From positions 1 through 64,000 of the IMG/VR virus record IMGVR_UViG_3300005934_000002: a stretch of 64,000 nt of DNA; one strand, written 5' to 3'. Positions 35,566-45,975 of the stretch are shown here, in pieces. The notes beneath the pieces are model-generated. The model saw only the letters and a program-made list of their open reading frames with translations. It did no database searches and had not been told where the DNA came from. Both the position numbers and the translations under genes were made by a program. The DNA comes from a virus. Taxonomy: Duplodnaviria; Caudoviricetes. Within the stretch, counting starts at the first letter, position 1. Each line of letters opens with the position of its first letter.

Positions 35566-37044
35566 ATGGCATACATTATTAACAAAACCGACGGTACGCA
35601 GATTGCAGTAGTTGAAGATGGAACAATCGATCAAACTACTGATCTGAAACTTGTAGGTAAAAATTATGCTGGATACGGTGAAATCCAAAACGAAAATTTC
35701 GTACATTTACTTGAAAACTTTTCAAGTGCTAATTCACCATCCAGAGCAATTAGAGGTCAAATTTGGTTTGATTCAGGTACAAGCAAACTAAAATTTTATG
35801 ACGGTACAAAATTTAGAACAACAGGCGGTGCAGAAGTAAGTGCTACTCAACCATCAGGACTAACTGAAGGTGACTTTTGGTGGGATAATGCTAACAACCA
35901 GTTATATGCAAACACTGGTGCAGGCTTTATATTAATTGGTCCACAATCACAAGGTAACACACTAACTTCGTTTGTAACTGACACAGTTAGAGATATTGCT
36001 AACATTCAAAGAACAGTTATTAAAGGTACTGTAAATGATGAAGTAGTAGTTGTTCTTTCAGCGGTAGACTTTACAATTGACTCATCCGACCCCGACAATG
36101 CCATTACAGGATTTGACGTCATTCACCAAGGTATGACCCTAAAGAATACAACTAATGCACAACAAGGTGTTACATCCACTGCACACAGATGGTGGGGTAC
36201 TGCTACTAACTCAGAAAAACTTGGCGGCAGAGATGCAAGTGAATACGTTGTAAGTATTCCAGGACAAGAATCAAATTTCAGTGAAATTGTTAGATTCAGT
36301 GATGACGGCTTTACAGTAGGTGCGTCAAATGACTTAGCAGTAAGAATCGAAAACGACAACCAAGCAGTTATTTCAAACGAAGTTGGTACAGTAATTAGAT
36401 TTAAAGTTGATAATGCACAAGCACAATCAACTGAACCTGTACAGATCAAAGCAGAAGGTATTATTCCAGGTGCTAACAACACATTTGACATTGGTACTTC
36501 AAGCAACAAATTTAGAGAAATGTTTGCTACAATCTTCAACGGTACAGCAACATCTTCACAGGCTTTACAAGTTGGTGGAAATAATAGAACAGCAAGTACA
36601 GCGGCAACTAACGACACAGTCGCAGTTAGAGATAGTTCAGGTAACATTAATGCTAATTTGTTTAACGGTACTGCTACTACAGCACGTTACGCTGACTTGG
36701 CAGAGAAATATACAACAGATGATCAGTACCCAACTGGCACAATTATGAAAGTAAGTGCAGACGATGGTGCAGAAACATCTTGGTGCGGAATTGACGATAT
36801 GCCAATTGGTGTTATTTCTGCAAAACCTGCGGTACTTATGAATGCTGAAGCAGAAGGACAAGCGATTGCACTTAAAGGTCGTGTTCCTCTAAGAGTTATA
36901 GGTCCTGTAGCAAAAGGCGATAAATTATATGTAGGTGCTAATGGTACTGCACAAAAAGCCGATGAAGGTGAATTAGTTGGTATTGCACTTGAGTCTAATG
37001 ATAGACACGAAGAAAAATTAGTTGAAGTTGTACTAAAAGTATAA
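35566..37044 (+). CDS. Tail fibre-like protein with C-terminal intramolecular-chaperone/peptidase G2-like domain
   Basis: Same N-terminal module as its paralogs; C-terminal ARYADLAEKY...Y.TGT...IGVIS.KPA.LMN...IALKGRVP pattern. Confidence 0.7.
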   Translation: MAYIINKTDGTQIAVVEDGTIDQTTDLKLVGKNYAGYGEIQNENFVHLLENFSSANSPSRAIRGQIWFDSGTSKLKFYDGTKFRTTGGAEVSATQPSGLTEGDFWWDNANNQLYANTGAGFILIGPQSQGNTLTSFVTDTVRDIANIQRTVIKGTVNDEVVVVLSAVDFTIDSSDPDNAITGFDVIHQGMTLKNTTNAQQGVTSTAHRWWGTATNSEKLGGRDASEYVVSIPGQESNFSEIVRFSDDGFTVGASNDLAVRIENDNQAVISNEVGTVIRFKVDNAQAQSTEPVQIKAEGIIPGANNTFDIGTSSNKFREMFATIFNGTATSSQALQVGGNNRTASTAATNDTVAVRDSSGNINANLFNGTATTARYADLAEKYTTDDQYPTGTIMKVSADDGAETSWCGIDDMPIGVISAKPAVLMNAEAEGQAIALKGRVPLRVIGPVAKGDKLYVGANGTAQKADEGELVGIALESNDRHEEKLVEVVLKV

Positions 37045-37055
37045 GGAAGTAGAAA

Positions 37056-37988
37056 ATGGCAATAGTAACTGCGGCAAGATATAATGACTTACAAGCAAAA
37101 GTAGCCAATGTTTTAGGTAACGGCAGTGGCCAATTTGGTTACGGTCAGACACTTGTAAGTGCTCAAGTAGCCGCTGAGACAGTAATTGACTCTCAGCATA
37201 TGTCAGACTTATACACTGATTTGATTAATGCAAGAGTGCATCAAGTAGGCAGTGTTCCTAATTCATTAGCAACAGTTTCCGCAGGACAAGTAATTGAAGA
37301 AGATTCAGCGGATACAGGCACTGGTAGAGGAATTGTCCAATACGAAGACTTAGCAGATACAATTGAAACAGACAAAGACTTAATTTATACTGCTAACACA
37401 TCACAAAGTACAATTACAGCATTAAAAACAAGTTCTACAAGAACAACGTCATGGGCAGGTACTGTTGATCATTTTGTTACAGTTACTTTTGCAAGTGCTG
37501 ATGCACGTAGACACTTCTTTAATGCAGGTGGAGAAATTAGATTTACAGCAGACTTAAATCCAAGTGCTTCAAATGGTAAAAACAATGACTGGAATAATTT
37601 GTTAGCGGCTATGGGAACAGTTAAATTTAAATCTAATGGTTGTGCTTCAGATGGTTCATCACCAGGAACTGATTTTGGAATTGGTAACTTTGGTATGACA
37701 AGCACCTTCCAAAAAGTATTTCAAAAAGATGGTAGTGGAGTTTATGCAGAAAACGATTACAACATTGCCGCAAAAGAAAATAGCACAAGCATATTAGAAT
37801 TTAGAATTCAATTTAGAGATGATGACGTAGGTGACGATACCGGCGACTCAAACAATGACGGTGCTATTAATCCAATTGATGAAAGTGTAACAGGTACTTT
37901 GGACAGCGTTGTAGGCGAAAGATTGCCAACAGGCGTAAATGTGTCACTTACATCACCAACATTTGCAACCACAAACAACTTAGCATAA
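37056..37988 (+). CDS. Virion structural protein (fibre-associated)
   Basis: 310 aa, Thr/Gly/Ser-rich beta-type composition; ARRHFFNAGGEIRF motif; last gene of the tail cluster. Confidence 0.6.
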   Translation: MAIVTAARYNDLQAKVANVLGNGSGQFGYGQTLVSAQVAAETVIDSQHMSDLYTDLINARVHQVGSVPNSLATVSAGQVIEEDSADTGTGRGIVQYEDLADTIETDKDLIYTANTSQSTITALKTSSTRTTSWAGTVDHFVTVTFASADARRHFFNAGGEIRFTADLNPSASNGKNNDWNNLLAAMGTVKFKSNGCASDGSSPGTDFGIGNFGMTSTFQKVFQKDGSGVYAENDYNIAAKENSTSILEFRIQFRDDDVGDDTGDSNNDGAINPIDESVTGTLDSVVGERLPTGVNVSLTSPTFATTNNLA

Positions 37989-38013
37989 CAAAATACATAG
38001 TAAATAGTTTACT

Positions 38014-38355
38014 ATGGACGAAAAACTTCAAAAAGCCTTAGAGTTTGGCAATTACAGTGCTACTCTGGAAAATCAAAAACGTATGTTACACGAAAAATTT
38101 GTAACAGATACTATCTATTTCCATTCCGGCGGCCAATTCACTATTAATAAAGAACTATTAAACTATGTTTATATGTTAGTATCAACAGAACAAGATACAA
38201 CAGTTCTTATTGATGATAACAATATCCCGGTAGAAGTCAATGTAAGTGATTTTTATTCAAATATTTCTGACAAATATTTTACAGCATCAAATGAATATCA
38301 TATAGAGTACACTAAATTACAAAAGAGTAGATCAGTAGACGGTTTAGTAGAATGA
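38014..38355 (+). CDS. Hypothetical protein
   Basis: 113-aa ORF preceded by an AGTAAATA late-like motif (37999-38006) and coupled to the next gene. Confidence 0.65.
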   Translation: MDEKLQKALEFGNYSATLENQKRMLHEKFVTDTIYFHSGGQFTINKELLNYVYMLVSTEQDTTVLIDDNNIPVEVNVSDFYSNISDKYFTASNEYHIEYTKLQKSRSVDGLVE

Positions 38356-39170
38356 CATCTGGTGTATTATTATTTGCATACAACAATGAACAGATAGATT
38401 ATGTTGCACAGGCTTGTTTTTTAGCAAAGCGTGTAAAAGAATATCTCAATCTTCCCACAACTCTTGTTACTGATGATAAAAAACGTGTAGAAGAATTTTA
38501 TGATTCTAATGTCTTTGACAGTATAGTTGTTTCAGACATCCAACGTAAAAATAAAAAAACATATCACGACGGTTCGTTATCTAAAAAAGTATTAGATTTT
38601 AAAAACTTTAATAGAAGTGATGCATATGATGTTACTCCATATGACAAAACACTTGTAATGGATACTGATTACATTATTAGTAATGACTTATTAGCAAAAT
38701 GTTTTACAAGCAACAACAACCTAATGATGTATAATAATAGTATGGATGTATCAGGTTGGCGAGAAGAATCAGAATTTGAATTTATAAGCGAAACAAGTAT
38801 TAAATTTTATTGGGCAACTTGTGTATATTTTACAAAAGACTTGCAAAATAAAACATTCTTTAATTTAATAAAACATATTAAAGAAAATTACAATCATTAT
38901 AGAAGTTTATATCAAATAACAAGTACAGTTTTTCGAAATGATTATGCATTTAGTATCGCGGCACACATTATGGGTCATGTAAAAGAACTTCCTGGTAAAA
39001 TGATATACAGTACTCATAAGGATATTTTACAAAAAATAGATAATTCATCCATTAAGTTGCTTGTTGAAAAACAAGATAGAGTTGGAGAATATACGTTATT
39101 AAAATCTAAAGGTGTTAACTTACATATAATGAATAAGTTTAGTTTAAACAGGGAAGTTACTAATGCCTAA
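38352..39170 (+). CDS. GT-A fold nucleotide-diphosphosugar transferase-like protein
   Basis: GVLLFAYNNEQIDY start, DxD motif (MDTDY), WATCVYF, RNDYAFSIA. Confidence 0.65.
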   Translation: MTSGVLLFAYNNEQIDYVAQACFLAKRVKEYLNLPTTLVTDDKKRVEEFYDSNVFDSIVVSDIQRKNKKTYHDGSLSKKVLDFKNFNRSDAYDVTPYDKTLVMDTDYIISNDLLAKCFTSNNNLMMYNNSMDVSGWREESEFEFISETSIKFYWATCVYFTKDLQNKTFFNLIKHIKENYNHYRSLYQITSTVFRNDYAFSIAAHIMGHVKELPGKMIYSTHKDILQKIDNSSIKLLVEKQDRVGEYTLLKSKGVNLHIMNKFSLNREVTNA

Positions 39171-39987
39171 TTTTACATTTCTTGCACAAAATAACGAAGA
39201 CAATTATATTAAACAAGCAGAGTTATTAGCATTAAGTATTAGGAACACTAATCCTAATAGTAAAATATGTCTCATTACCAATGATGAAGTAGAACGTAAA
39301 GATCTATTTGATGACATTGTATCTATTCCATGGGAAGATAAAGCAGAAGAACACAAATGGAAGGTGCAGAATCGTTGGAAAATATATCATGCTTGTCCTT
39401 ATGATGAAACTTTTGTTTTAGATACTGATATGTTAGTATTACACGACTTAACAAATTGGTGGAAACTAATGCAAAATTACGAAGTATTTTATACAACTAA
39501 GGTAACAGATTACAAATATGATAAACTTAATACAAGTTATTATAGAAAAACATTTCAACAAAATAAATTACCAGACATATATGTTGCATTACATTATTTT
39601 AAAAAGTGTGATTTTGCTAAAACATTCTATACGTGTTTAGAAGAAGTTATGAAGAACTGGGAATACTATTATGAAAAGTATGCACCAAAGAAAATGCAAA
39701 AGTTTTTAAGTGTAGATGTTTGTACAGCAATAACTATTAGAGTATTAGACGTTGAACACAAAGTAACAAATAGTAAATTACCGTTTCCTTCATTTGTACA
39801 CATGAAGCCATATGCTCAACCGTGGGTAACACAAACTAAAAAATGGCAGGATAGGATTAGTTGTTTTGTAAATGAAAATAAACAGATGCGAGTAGGAGGT
39901 CATTTACAAAATACAGTATTTCATTATACTGAAAAAGATTTTACAGAGAAATTTTATGACAGATTCAATTATACAGTTTCCAGTTAA
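39163..39987 (+). CDS. GT-A fold glycosyltransferase-like protein (GT8-like), paralog of 38352
   Basis: CPYDETFVLDTDML (DxD), SFVHMKP and FHY motifs. Confidence 0.65.
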   Translation: MPNFTFLAQNNEDNYIKQAELLALSIRNTNPNSKICLITNDEVERKDLFDDIVSIPWEDKAEEHKWKVQNRWKIYHACPYDETFVLDTDMLVLHDLTNWWKLMQNYEVFYTTKVTDYKYDKLNTSYYRKTFQQNKLPDIYVALHYFKKCDFAKTFYTCLEEVMKNWEYYYEKYAPKKMQKFLSVDVCTAITIRVLDVEHKVTNSKLPFPSFVHMKPYAQPWVTQTKKWQDRISCFVNENKQMRVGGHLQNTVFHYTEKDFTEKFYDRFNYTVSS

Positions 39988-40519
39988 ATCTACAAAATTA
40001 AAAGCACACGATTCTATTAAAGAAGAATTGTTAACAGCAATTAATTCTACTACTCTTGTTGAAAACATTTATGGTCCTAACAATAATATTACACGTTGCG
40101 ATTGGGGTCCTGGAAGATTTGATCCAAATAGAGAGTGGTTAAAAGTTTTACAGTTTGATCTTAATGAACATTTAAAAGAATGGACTAAGAGTTTTATGTA
40201 TGAAAGTTGGACTATACATGAAATATGGTTTCAACAGTATGCTAAAAATTCAACGCACTCATGGCACGTACACAGTTGCAATTTTACAAGTGTATATTAT
40301 TTAGATTTACCAGAAGAAACACCTAAGACTCAATGGATAGATCCTATATCAGGTACAGAATATGACTTTGATGTAAAAGAAGGAGATATAATTACATTTC
40401 CAAGTTGGACTATACACAGAGCACCAATAAATCAATCAGATAAAATAAAAACTATTATATCATGGAATATGGATGTTGATATAAGTGACTATTTTGGAAC
40501 AAAATATGATACAAACTAA
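39956..40519 (+). CDS. 2OG-Fe(II) oxygenase-like protein
   Basis: WFQQY...HSWHVH...TSVYYL...EGDIITFPSWTIH...KTIISWN double-stranded beta-helix pattern. Confidence 0.75.
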   Translation: MTDSIIQFPVKSTKLKAHDSIKEELLTAINSTTLVENIYGPNNNITRCDWGPGRFDPNREWLKVLQFDLNEHLKEWTKSFMYESWTIHEIWFQQYAKNSTHSWHVHSCNFTSVYYLDLPEETPKTQWIDPISGTEYDFDVKEGDIITFPSWTIHRAPINQSDKIKTIISWNMDVDISDYFGTKYDTN

Positions 40520-41069
40520 TTCACATAATGTACCAACATACGTAGAGTTCGATTCTAAAACCGGAGAACTTTTAACAGTCACCAGTTATCCTAAGTCAGA
40601 AAATTATATTGAAGTAGAATTTAATAGAGTTGAAGGTATAGTTAACGGTATTGAAAAATTTAATCACTATAAGGTTGTATTTAATACAACTTCTTTAATG
40701 TATGAGTTAGTAAATGTGTACGATGATGTACATTTTGAATATAATGTTAATAATAGTTTGCATAAAATACAAGAATCTAAAGAAGCAGACATTATAATTT
40801 GTAAAAATTACATAAAGAAGTGTTGGGAAATTAAATTTGGAAAATTATTTGAAAAAACACTTAAAAAGAATAATGTAACATTGAATACTGTAAAAGACTT
40901 TAGTGTTGTAAAGAAAAATGATCCTTTTGTCCTATATAGATCTTTAAAATTCAATTTAGCAGACGATAATTTATTCTTGCAATTTGATGATACTGATGCT
41001 ATAATAGACTTTGATGTTTATACAAATAAAATGTTTAATAGTTACGGAGTAGAAGTTGTCAAAGATTAA
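40506..41069 (+). CDS. Hypothetical protein
   Basis: ORF fills the gap. The ATG at 40506 is preferred over the GTG at 40485. Confidence 0.65.
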   Translation: MIQTNSHNVPTYVEFDSKTGELLTVTSYPKSENYIEVEFNRVEGIVNGIEKFNHYKVVFNTTSLMYELVNVYDDVHFEYNVNNSLHKIQESKEADIIICKNYIKKCWEIKFGKLFEKTLKKNNVTLNTVKDFSVVKKNDPFVLYRSLKFNLADDNLFLQFDDTDAIIDFDVYTNKMFNSYGVEVVKD

Positions 41070-41955
41070 AATACAAGATGTTGATATTATCTTTTTAAGT
41101 TACGACGAGCCTAATGCTGAAGAAAATTGGGCAGACTTGCAACGTAAAATACCGTGGGCAAAACGTGTACACGGAGTAGAAGGTTCAGATGCCGCACACA
41201 AAGCCTGTGCAGATTTATCTGACACAAAACATTTTGTAACAGTTGACGGCGACACTATTGTTGATCCTCGCTTTATGCAAGTTGAATTAGACTTAGAAAA
41301 GTTAGGAGTAGATGACGACTACCAATTTAGTTGGTGTGGCAAAATTGACGTTAACGGACTTATGTATGGCAACGGTAGTTTAAAAATGTGGACTAAAGAG
41401 TTTGTTAAAAATATGAAAACTCATGAAAACACAGACGGCGCAGATGAAACAAGTATTGAGTTTTGTTACTTTGACAATTACTATCAATTAAATGAAAATT
41501 ATAGCACAAGTATAATTACATCAACTCCACAACAGGCATGGAGAGCAGGATTCCGTGAAGGTGTTAAGATGTCATTGGATAGAGGAAAGCCTGTAGAAGA
41601 TATTAATACATTATGGTGGCAGAATAAACATAGATTATATATTTGGCAAATGGTAGGCTGTGATGTTCCTAACGGTATTTGGGCAGTATATGGTGCCCGT
41701 CTTGGAACATATATGAATATGCTTACAGAATGGGATCATACACAAACAAGAGACTTCACATATCTAAATAATTTATGGAAAGAACACGAAAATGTAGAAG
41801 TTGCAGAAGAGTGTAAGGAGATAGGTAAAAAATTAATTAATGAATTAGACTTACCTATTGCTGTTGTTCCGTTTGATAAATTACAAAGTGAATTCTTTAA
41901 AACTGTTTATTTGAACAGTGATAGGGTAATTCGTAAACAAAAAGGAAAACAATGA
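41056..41955 (+). CDS. Glycosyltransferase-like protein (GT-A, DGD motif), paralog of 50178
   Basis: DIIFLSYDEPNAEENW, RVHGV.G..AAH, TVDGD, YGNGSLK, AWRAGFREG. Confidence 0.6.
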   Translation: MSKIKIQDVDIIFLSYDEPNAEENWADLQRKIPWAKRVHGVEGSDAAHKACADLSDTKHFVTVDGDTIVDPRFMQVELDLEKLGVDDDYQFSWCGKIDVNGLMYGNGSLKMWTKEFVKNMKTHENTDGADETSIEFCYFDNYYQLNENYSTSIITSTPQQAWRAGFREGVKMSLDRGKPVEDINTLWWQNKHRLYIWQMVGCDVPNGIWAVYGARLGTYMNMLTEWDHTQTRDFTYLNNLWKEHENVEVAEECKEIGKKLINELDLPIAVVPFDKLQSEFFKTVYLNSDRVIRKQKGKQ

Positions 41956-42140
41956 AGTTAGCAGACAAAAAGATATTTTTTCTTTTAAGTCTTTTAGTTA
42001 TAGGACTACTTGTAAGTTTAGGAGTGAATAGTTACTTACTGTCCGAAATTGGCGACATAAGAGAAATACTTGACGCTCAATTTGAAGTAATAAGACGCTT
42101 AATGGAAATGCAAGGTTTTAGATTCGAAGATTCAGCATGA
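41952..42140 (+). CDS. Small single-pass membrane protein
   Basis: Hydrophobic stretch IFFLLSLLVIGLLVSLGVNSYLL; ATGA coupling at both ends. Confidence 0.6.
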   Translation: MKLADKKIFFLLSLLVIGLLVSLGVNSYLLSEIGDIREILDAQFEVIRRLMEMQGFRFEDSA

Positions 42141-43507
42141 GCGAAGTAGATAGAATTAAAGAGGTAATGCCCGAGATTGATAAAATCTCTCCAACATTTT
42201 GTTTGGCAAAGTGGCATCACGTAACAATATATTTGCAGACAGGCGAAACACACAGTTGTTATCATCCTGCTCCGCACAAAATACCTCTTGATGGTCTTAT
42301 AGATAATCCAAGTCAACTACATAATACTCCGCAAAAAAAGCAAGAACGTAAAGAAATGCTCGAAGGCGGAAAACCTTCTGGTTGCCAATACTGTTGGAAT
42401 ATTGAATGTATGGGTAAAGATTATGTAAGTGATAGGCATATTAAGACAGCAAGTATATACAGGCCAGATCGTATAGAAGAAATTACAAGTAATCCTTGGG
42501 ATTATAACATTAATCCAGAATACATAGAAGTTAATTTTAGTAACGAATGTAACTTTAAGTGTGGATATTGTCATCCTAAGTTTAGTACAAGTTATTATAA
42601 TGAAATTAAAAAATACGGACCTTATAAAACCAGCACTACTCATAGAAACGATATTGACTGGTTTGAACTATATGAAGAAAGCAAAAACCCTTACGTAGAG
42701 GCATGGTGGAAGTGGTGGCCTGAAGTTAGTAAAACACTTAACATTTTACGTATTACAGGCGGCGAACCTTTAATGCATCGTAGTACATGGGAACTATTTG
42801 ATAGGTTAGAAAAAGATCCTAAGCCTCATATTCAAATCGAACTTAATAGTAATATGGGTGTAAAAGAAAAACTTGTTAAAAAACTTGTAGAGCGTATTAA
42901 ACATCTCAAAGAAAATAATTGTATTAGAAGTTTTAAACTTTATACAAGTATAGATACATGGGGTGCAAAAGCAACTTACACACGTAGAGGTTTAGATTTA
43001 GCATTATGGGAACGTAATCTTGATTATTATTTGACTAATCTTGGGTATCCAGTTACGTTTATGATCACATTTAATTTGTTTGCAGTAACAAGTTTTGACA
43101 AACTACTTAAAAAGATTCTTGAATGGAGATCTAAATATAATAAAAACAACAAAACACAGTGGCAAAATATTAGATTTGATACACCATACTTAAAAGAGCC
43201 TATCCAGTTTGATATGAATATACTGCCTAAAGAACAGTTTATGCCTTATATGACTAAGCATTTAAAATTTATTGCAGAACATACAGACGATAATGATAGA
43301 ACAAAATTTAGTTTATTAGAATATGAAAGATTTCGTAGAGTTGTAGATTATATGCGTACTACTGAATATAATGAAGAAAAACTTTTAGAAGGACACAAAA
43401 ATTTTTATAACTGGTTTAAAGAGTATGATGAAAGAAGCGGAACTAAACTTACTGAAGTGTTTCCTGAATTAGAATCTTTTTATTATAATTGTAGTTCTAA
43501 AGTATAA
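42137..43507 (+). CDS. Radical SAM protein with N-terminal twitch/SPASM-like Cys domain
   Basis: FCLAKWHH...SCYH...CQYCW N-domain; CNFKCGYC; ITGGEP. Confidence 0.88.
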   Translation: MSEVDRIKEVMPEIDKISPTFCLAKWHHVTIYLQTGETHSCYHPAPHKIPLDGLIDNPSQLHNTPQKKQERKEMLEGGKPSGCQYCWNIECMGKDYVSDRHIKTASIYRPDRIEEITSNPWDYNINPEYIEVNFSNECNFKCGYCHPKFSTSYYNEIKKYGPYKTSTTHRNDIDWFELYEESKNPYVEAWWKWWPEVSKTLNILRITGGEPLMHRSTWELFDRLEKDPKPHIQIELNSNMGVKEKLVKKLVERIKHLKENNCIRSFKLYTSIDTWGAKATYTRRGLDLALWERNLDYYLTNLGYPVTFMITFNLFAVTSFDKLLKKILEWRSKYNKNNKTQWQNIRFDTPYLKEPIQFDMNILPKEQFMPYMTKHLKFIAEHTDDNDRTKFSLLEYERFRRVVDYMRTTEYNEEKLLEGHKNFYNWFKEYDERSGTKLTEVFPELESFYYNCSSKV

Positions 43508-44522
43508 CATTATTGTTATAAATTTCAAATGCAAGTTTTTGATTGTGTGTTAAAATATCATCCATTTCATTAAGCATCTCTTTACATTCATCAATACTTA
43601 ACATTTTAATACTGTCTAACAAATAGCGTATCTTATTCATACGGTAAGTATGATTTTCTTCAGTATCGTAACTTTCGTCCCACGTAAATGTTTTAAATCC
43701 TAATTTGCGTATATACTCTAATGTATAAGGCGGAGCAACACATATAAAAGGGCGTTTATGTATCATTGCATTTACAGTTTTTTCGCTGAAGTTTCCTGTA
43801 GGCTGATAGAAACGTGTTTCGTTTGCAACTACACAAAAACTTTTTTCATAATACTCAGATAAACTTGCTGGACCGTTAACTTGTCCTTCCGGCCATTTTT
43901 TATGTGCAGGGTCTACACTTTCTAATTTGCTGTCTATACTTAATGGAGGATTAGTAAATGCCCAACTGTAATAACCTGGAGTATCTTGTAGATGTTCTAT
44001 AATTAAACGCCTGTGTAAACTATAACGCCAGTTGGGACAAATAAAATGTTTATCGATATTGTTTTTTATAGTGATGTTTCCGCCATTAAATTGATTACGT
44101 AAAAATATATCAAAACATTTTAATTCAAACGGATATGTTGTTATATGTTTTTCTATATTGTAATCACAAGTATATACTGTAATTTTTGCTTTTATTTGTT
44201 TACTAAAATCTTCGATACTATCTAATTCATCTGCACGTAAATTTTCGCCACCTTTGAATTCACTAAAAAATCCTCTATTATGTGTTTTACCTTCTTCGTA
44301 AAAACTTAAAGGCTCGTACAAGTAAATGTCTAATGTTTTTAATTTATTAATTAGTTTAGGTGTAAGTGGGAACTTACTAAAGTCTATTTTATTAGTTCCA
44401 GTAAAGATTATATAAGGGCGTTCAGTTTTCCAATGTTGAAATAATTCGTGAAACATTTTTCCTGATTTATTACGCAAACTTTTAGTTGGCAAGTTGCCCC
44501 AGAAAATATCTTGAGTAAACAT
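43497..44522 (-). CDS. Glycosyltransferase-like protein (GT-B/GT10-like C-terminus), paralog of 47262
   Basis: NETRFY...SEKT...KRPF...LGFKTF..DESYD motif. Confidence 0.5.
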   Translation of the reverse strand: MFTQDIFWGNLPTKSLRNKSGKMFHELFQHWKTERPYIIFTGTNKIDFSKFPLTPKLINKLKTLDIYLYEPLSFYEEGKTHNRGFFSEFKGGENLRADELDSIEDFSKQIKAKITVYTCDYNIEKHITTYPFELKCFDIFLRNQFNGGNITIKNNIDKHFICPNWRYSLHRRLIIEHLQDTPGYYSWAFTNPPLSIDSKLESVDPAHKKWPEGQVNGPASLSEYYEKSFCVVANETRFYQPTGNFSEKTVNAMIHKRPFICVAPPYTLEYIRKLGFKTFTWDESYDTEENHTYRMNKIRYLLDSIKMLSIDECKEMLNEMDDILTHNQKLAFEIYNNNVIL

Positions 44523-45026
44523 TTAATAATATGTGCCTGTTATTTGTAAAGTATATCTTGGGTCAACGCCAATGTTACTTGCGGCGTGTGGAGCATCGGC
44601 ATCCCATAAAACATATTCGCCTGCTTTATAATTTACAACTCCTACTCCTTCAACTTCGAAATAGTGGCCTGGTTTCCATTCTTCTAAAAATACAATAGCA
44701 CGTCTAACATCTACTCTTTGTTTTTTAAATACTTTACAGTATGTGTTGAAATGATCTACGTGTACAGGCATAATATCTAAAGTATCCATTCTATAAAAAA
44801 CAAATCCCGGATCTTTGAAATTTAATAATCTTGCAACTTGTTCAGTCCATTCAGGCATAGGATTTTTACTATCGTACATTTTACCTGTTGTTGTATCGTG
44901 TGTATAACCTTGTTTCCGCCAGGTATCTGCTTCTTCACCTGTAATAGGTTGTCTTACATATTCAAAATTTTTGTATTCATCTTTCCAGAAAACAGGAAGA
45001 AAACCTCTATAAAACATCTCTTTCAA
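44523..45026 (-). CDS. 2OG-Fe(II)/cupin oxygenase-like protein
   Basis: MPVHVD (HxD)...WDADAPHAASN...RYTLQITG. Confidence 0.7.
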   Translation of the reverse strand: MKEMFYRGFLPVFWKDEYKNFEYVRQPITGEEADTWRKQGYTHDTTTGKMYDSKNPMPEWTEQVARLLNFKDPGFVFYRMDTLDIMPVHVDHFNTYCKVFKKQRVDVRRAIVFLEEWKPGHYFEVEGVGVVNYKAGEYVLWDADAPHAASNIGVDPRYTLQITGTYY

Positions 45027-45975
45027 TATCCAATGTTACGCAGTGAAAACCACCGCCAAGTGTTCGTTGATGCCTCATTGGCAACATAGCACATTCAATA
45101 CCTTGTACTTCAAGTGCTTTACGTAGTGGCTCTTGATTTTTTTCAAGTGCAACTAACTTAGTATTTACACTAAAAAGATTCATGTTAATCCAAGTACTTG
45201 CATTACACCATCTTGGATAATGACCTATGTCAACGGGATCCGGACACCATATAATATCCCAGTTTCTAAACGGTTCAGGTAAGTCGTTTTTGTTTTTAAT
45301 TCTACTTGGGTTAGCAAGTAATAATCCTTCACGTAAAAAAGCAACAGTGCTGTCAATGTGCATATAACTATAAACATCTTGTAATAGATGTACTGTTGCT
45401 GTATTTCCTAATGCTTCTTGTAAAAGTGTAGCACCTAATTTGTTTCCGCTATTGCTAACAAGATATAGAACGTCTTCATTAGCACGTATAATATTAGCGG
45501 CATCAAATGCAGGCTCAAATTCGTTTAACGCAAGTACATCTTTATCTCCAATACAATCTGTATTATACAATTTACTTTCGTGATAGCACGGAACTTGAAC
45601 AGGACTTTTTAAGTGATGTTCAAATGCCTTCCATTCGTGCTTCCTTGCTCTAATAGGCATTGGTGTTGCAAGTGTTAAATCCCCGTGTACAAATACCGAG
45701 TCTCGAGGACAATAATTATAATAGTTACAATCAGTAGCATCAGGACGTACAACCTCAACTGATTCTCCTTTTAAAAAATTTACAAAGACTTCTAAGTCTT
45801 CATTTGCTTCATCTATTACTTGCTGTGGATAAGATCCTTTTTGGATTTCGCTTTCGTCGGTTTTATCTGCAAAGTTTACACAACGTAAACTAATATCAAT
45901 GTCAATAGGAATCTTTGCATTATCTGCAATACCAACAATTACTTTTTTTAATTGACCCCATTCATTTTTAGACAT
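45007..45975 (-). CDS. Amidinotransferase (glycine / inosamine-phosphate amidinotransferase family)
   Basis: NEWGQLKKVIVG, CPRD, FDAAN, MHIDST and C-terminal GGGFHCVTLD with catalytic Cys. Confidence 0.88.
   Translation of the reverse strand: MSKNEWGQLKKVIVGIADNAKIPIDIDISLRCVNFADKTDESEIQKGSYPQQVIDEANEDLEVFVNFLKGESVEVVRPDATDCNYYNYCPRDSVFVHGDLTLATPMPIRARKHEWKAFEHHLKSPVQVPCYHESKLYNTDCIGDKDVLALNEFEPAFDAANIIRANEDVLYLVSNSGNKLGATLLQEALGNTATVHLLQDVYSYMHIDSTVAFLREGLLLANPSRIKNKNDLPEPFRNWDIIWCPDPVDIGHYPRWCNASTWINMNLFSVNTKLVALEKNQEPLRKALEVQGIECAMLPMRHQRTLGGGFHCVTLDIERDVL

Noticed and set aside
31356-37988. Diversity-generating retroelement or invertase shufflon acting on fibre genes
   Set aside because: No reverse transcriptase or recombinase, and no near-identical TR/VR or inverted nucleotide repeats seen. 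Paralog similarity is at the protein level only.
41952-42140. RiPP precursor for the downstream radical SAM enzyme
   Set aside because: The sequence looks like a single-pass membrane protein with no Cys-, Ser/Thr- or aromatic-rich core, and no RRE/PqqD partner was seen.
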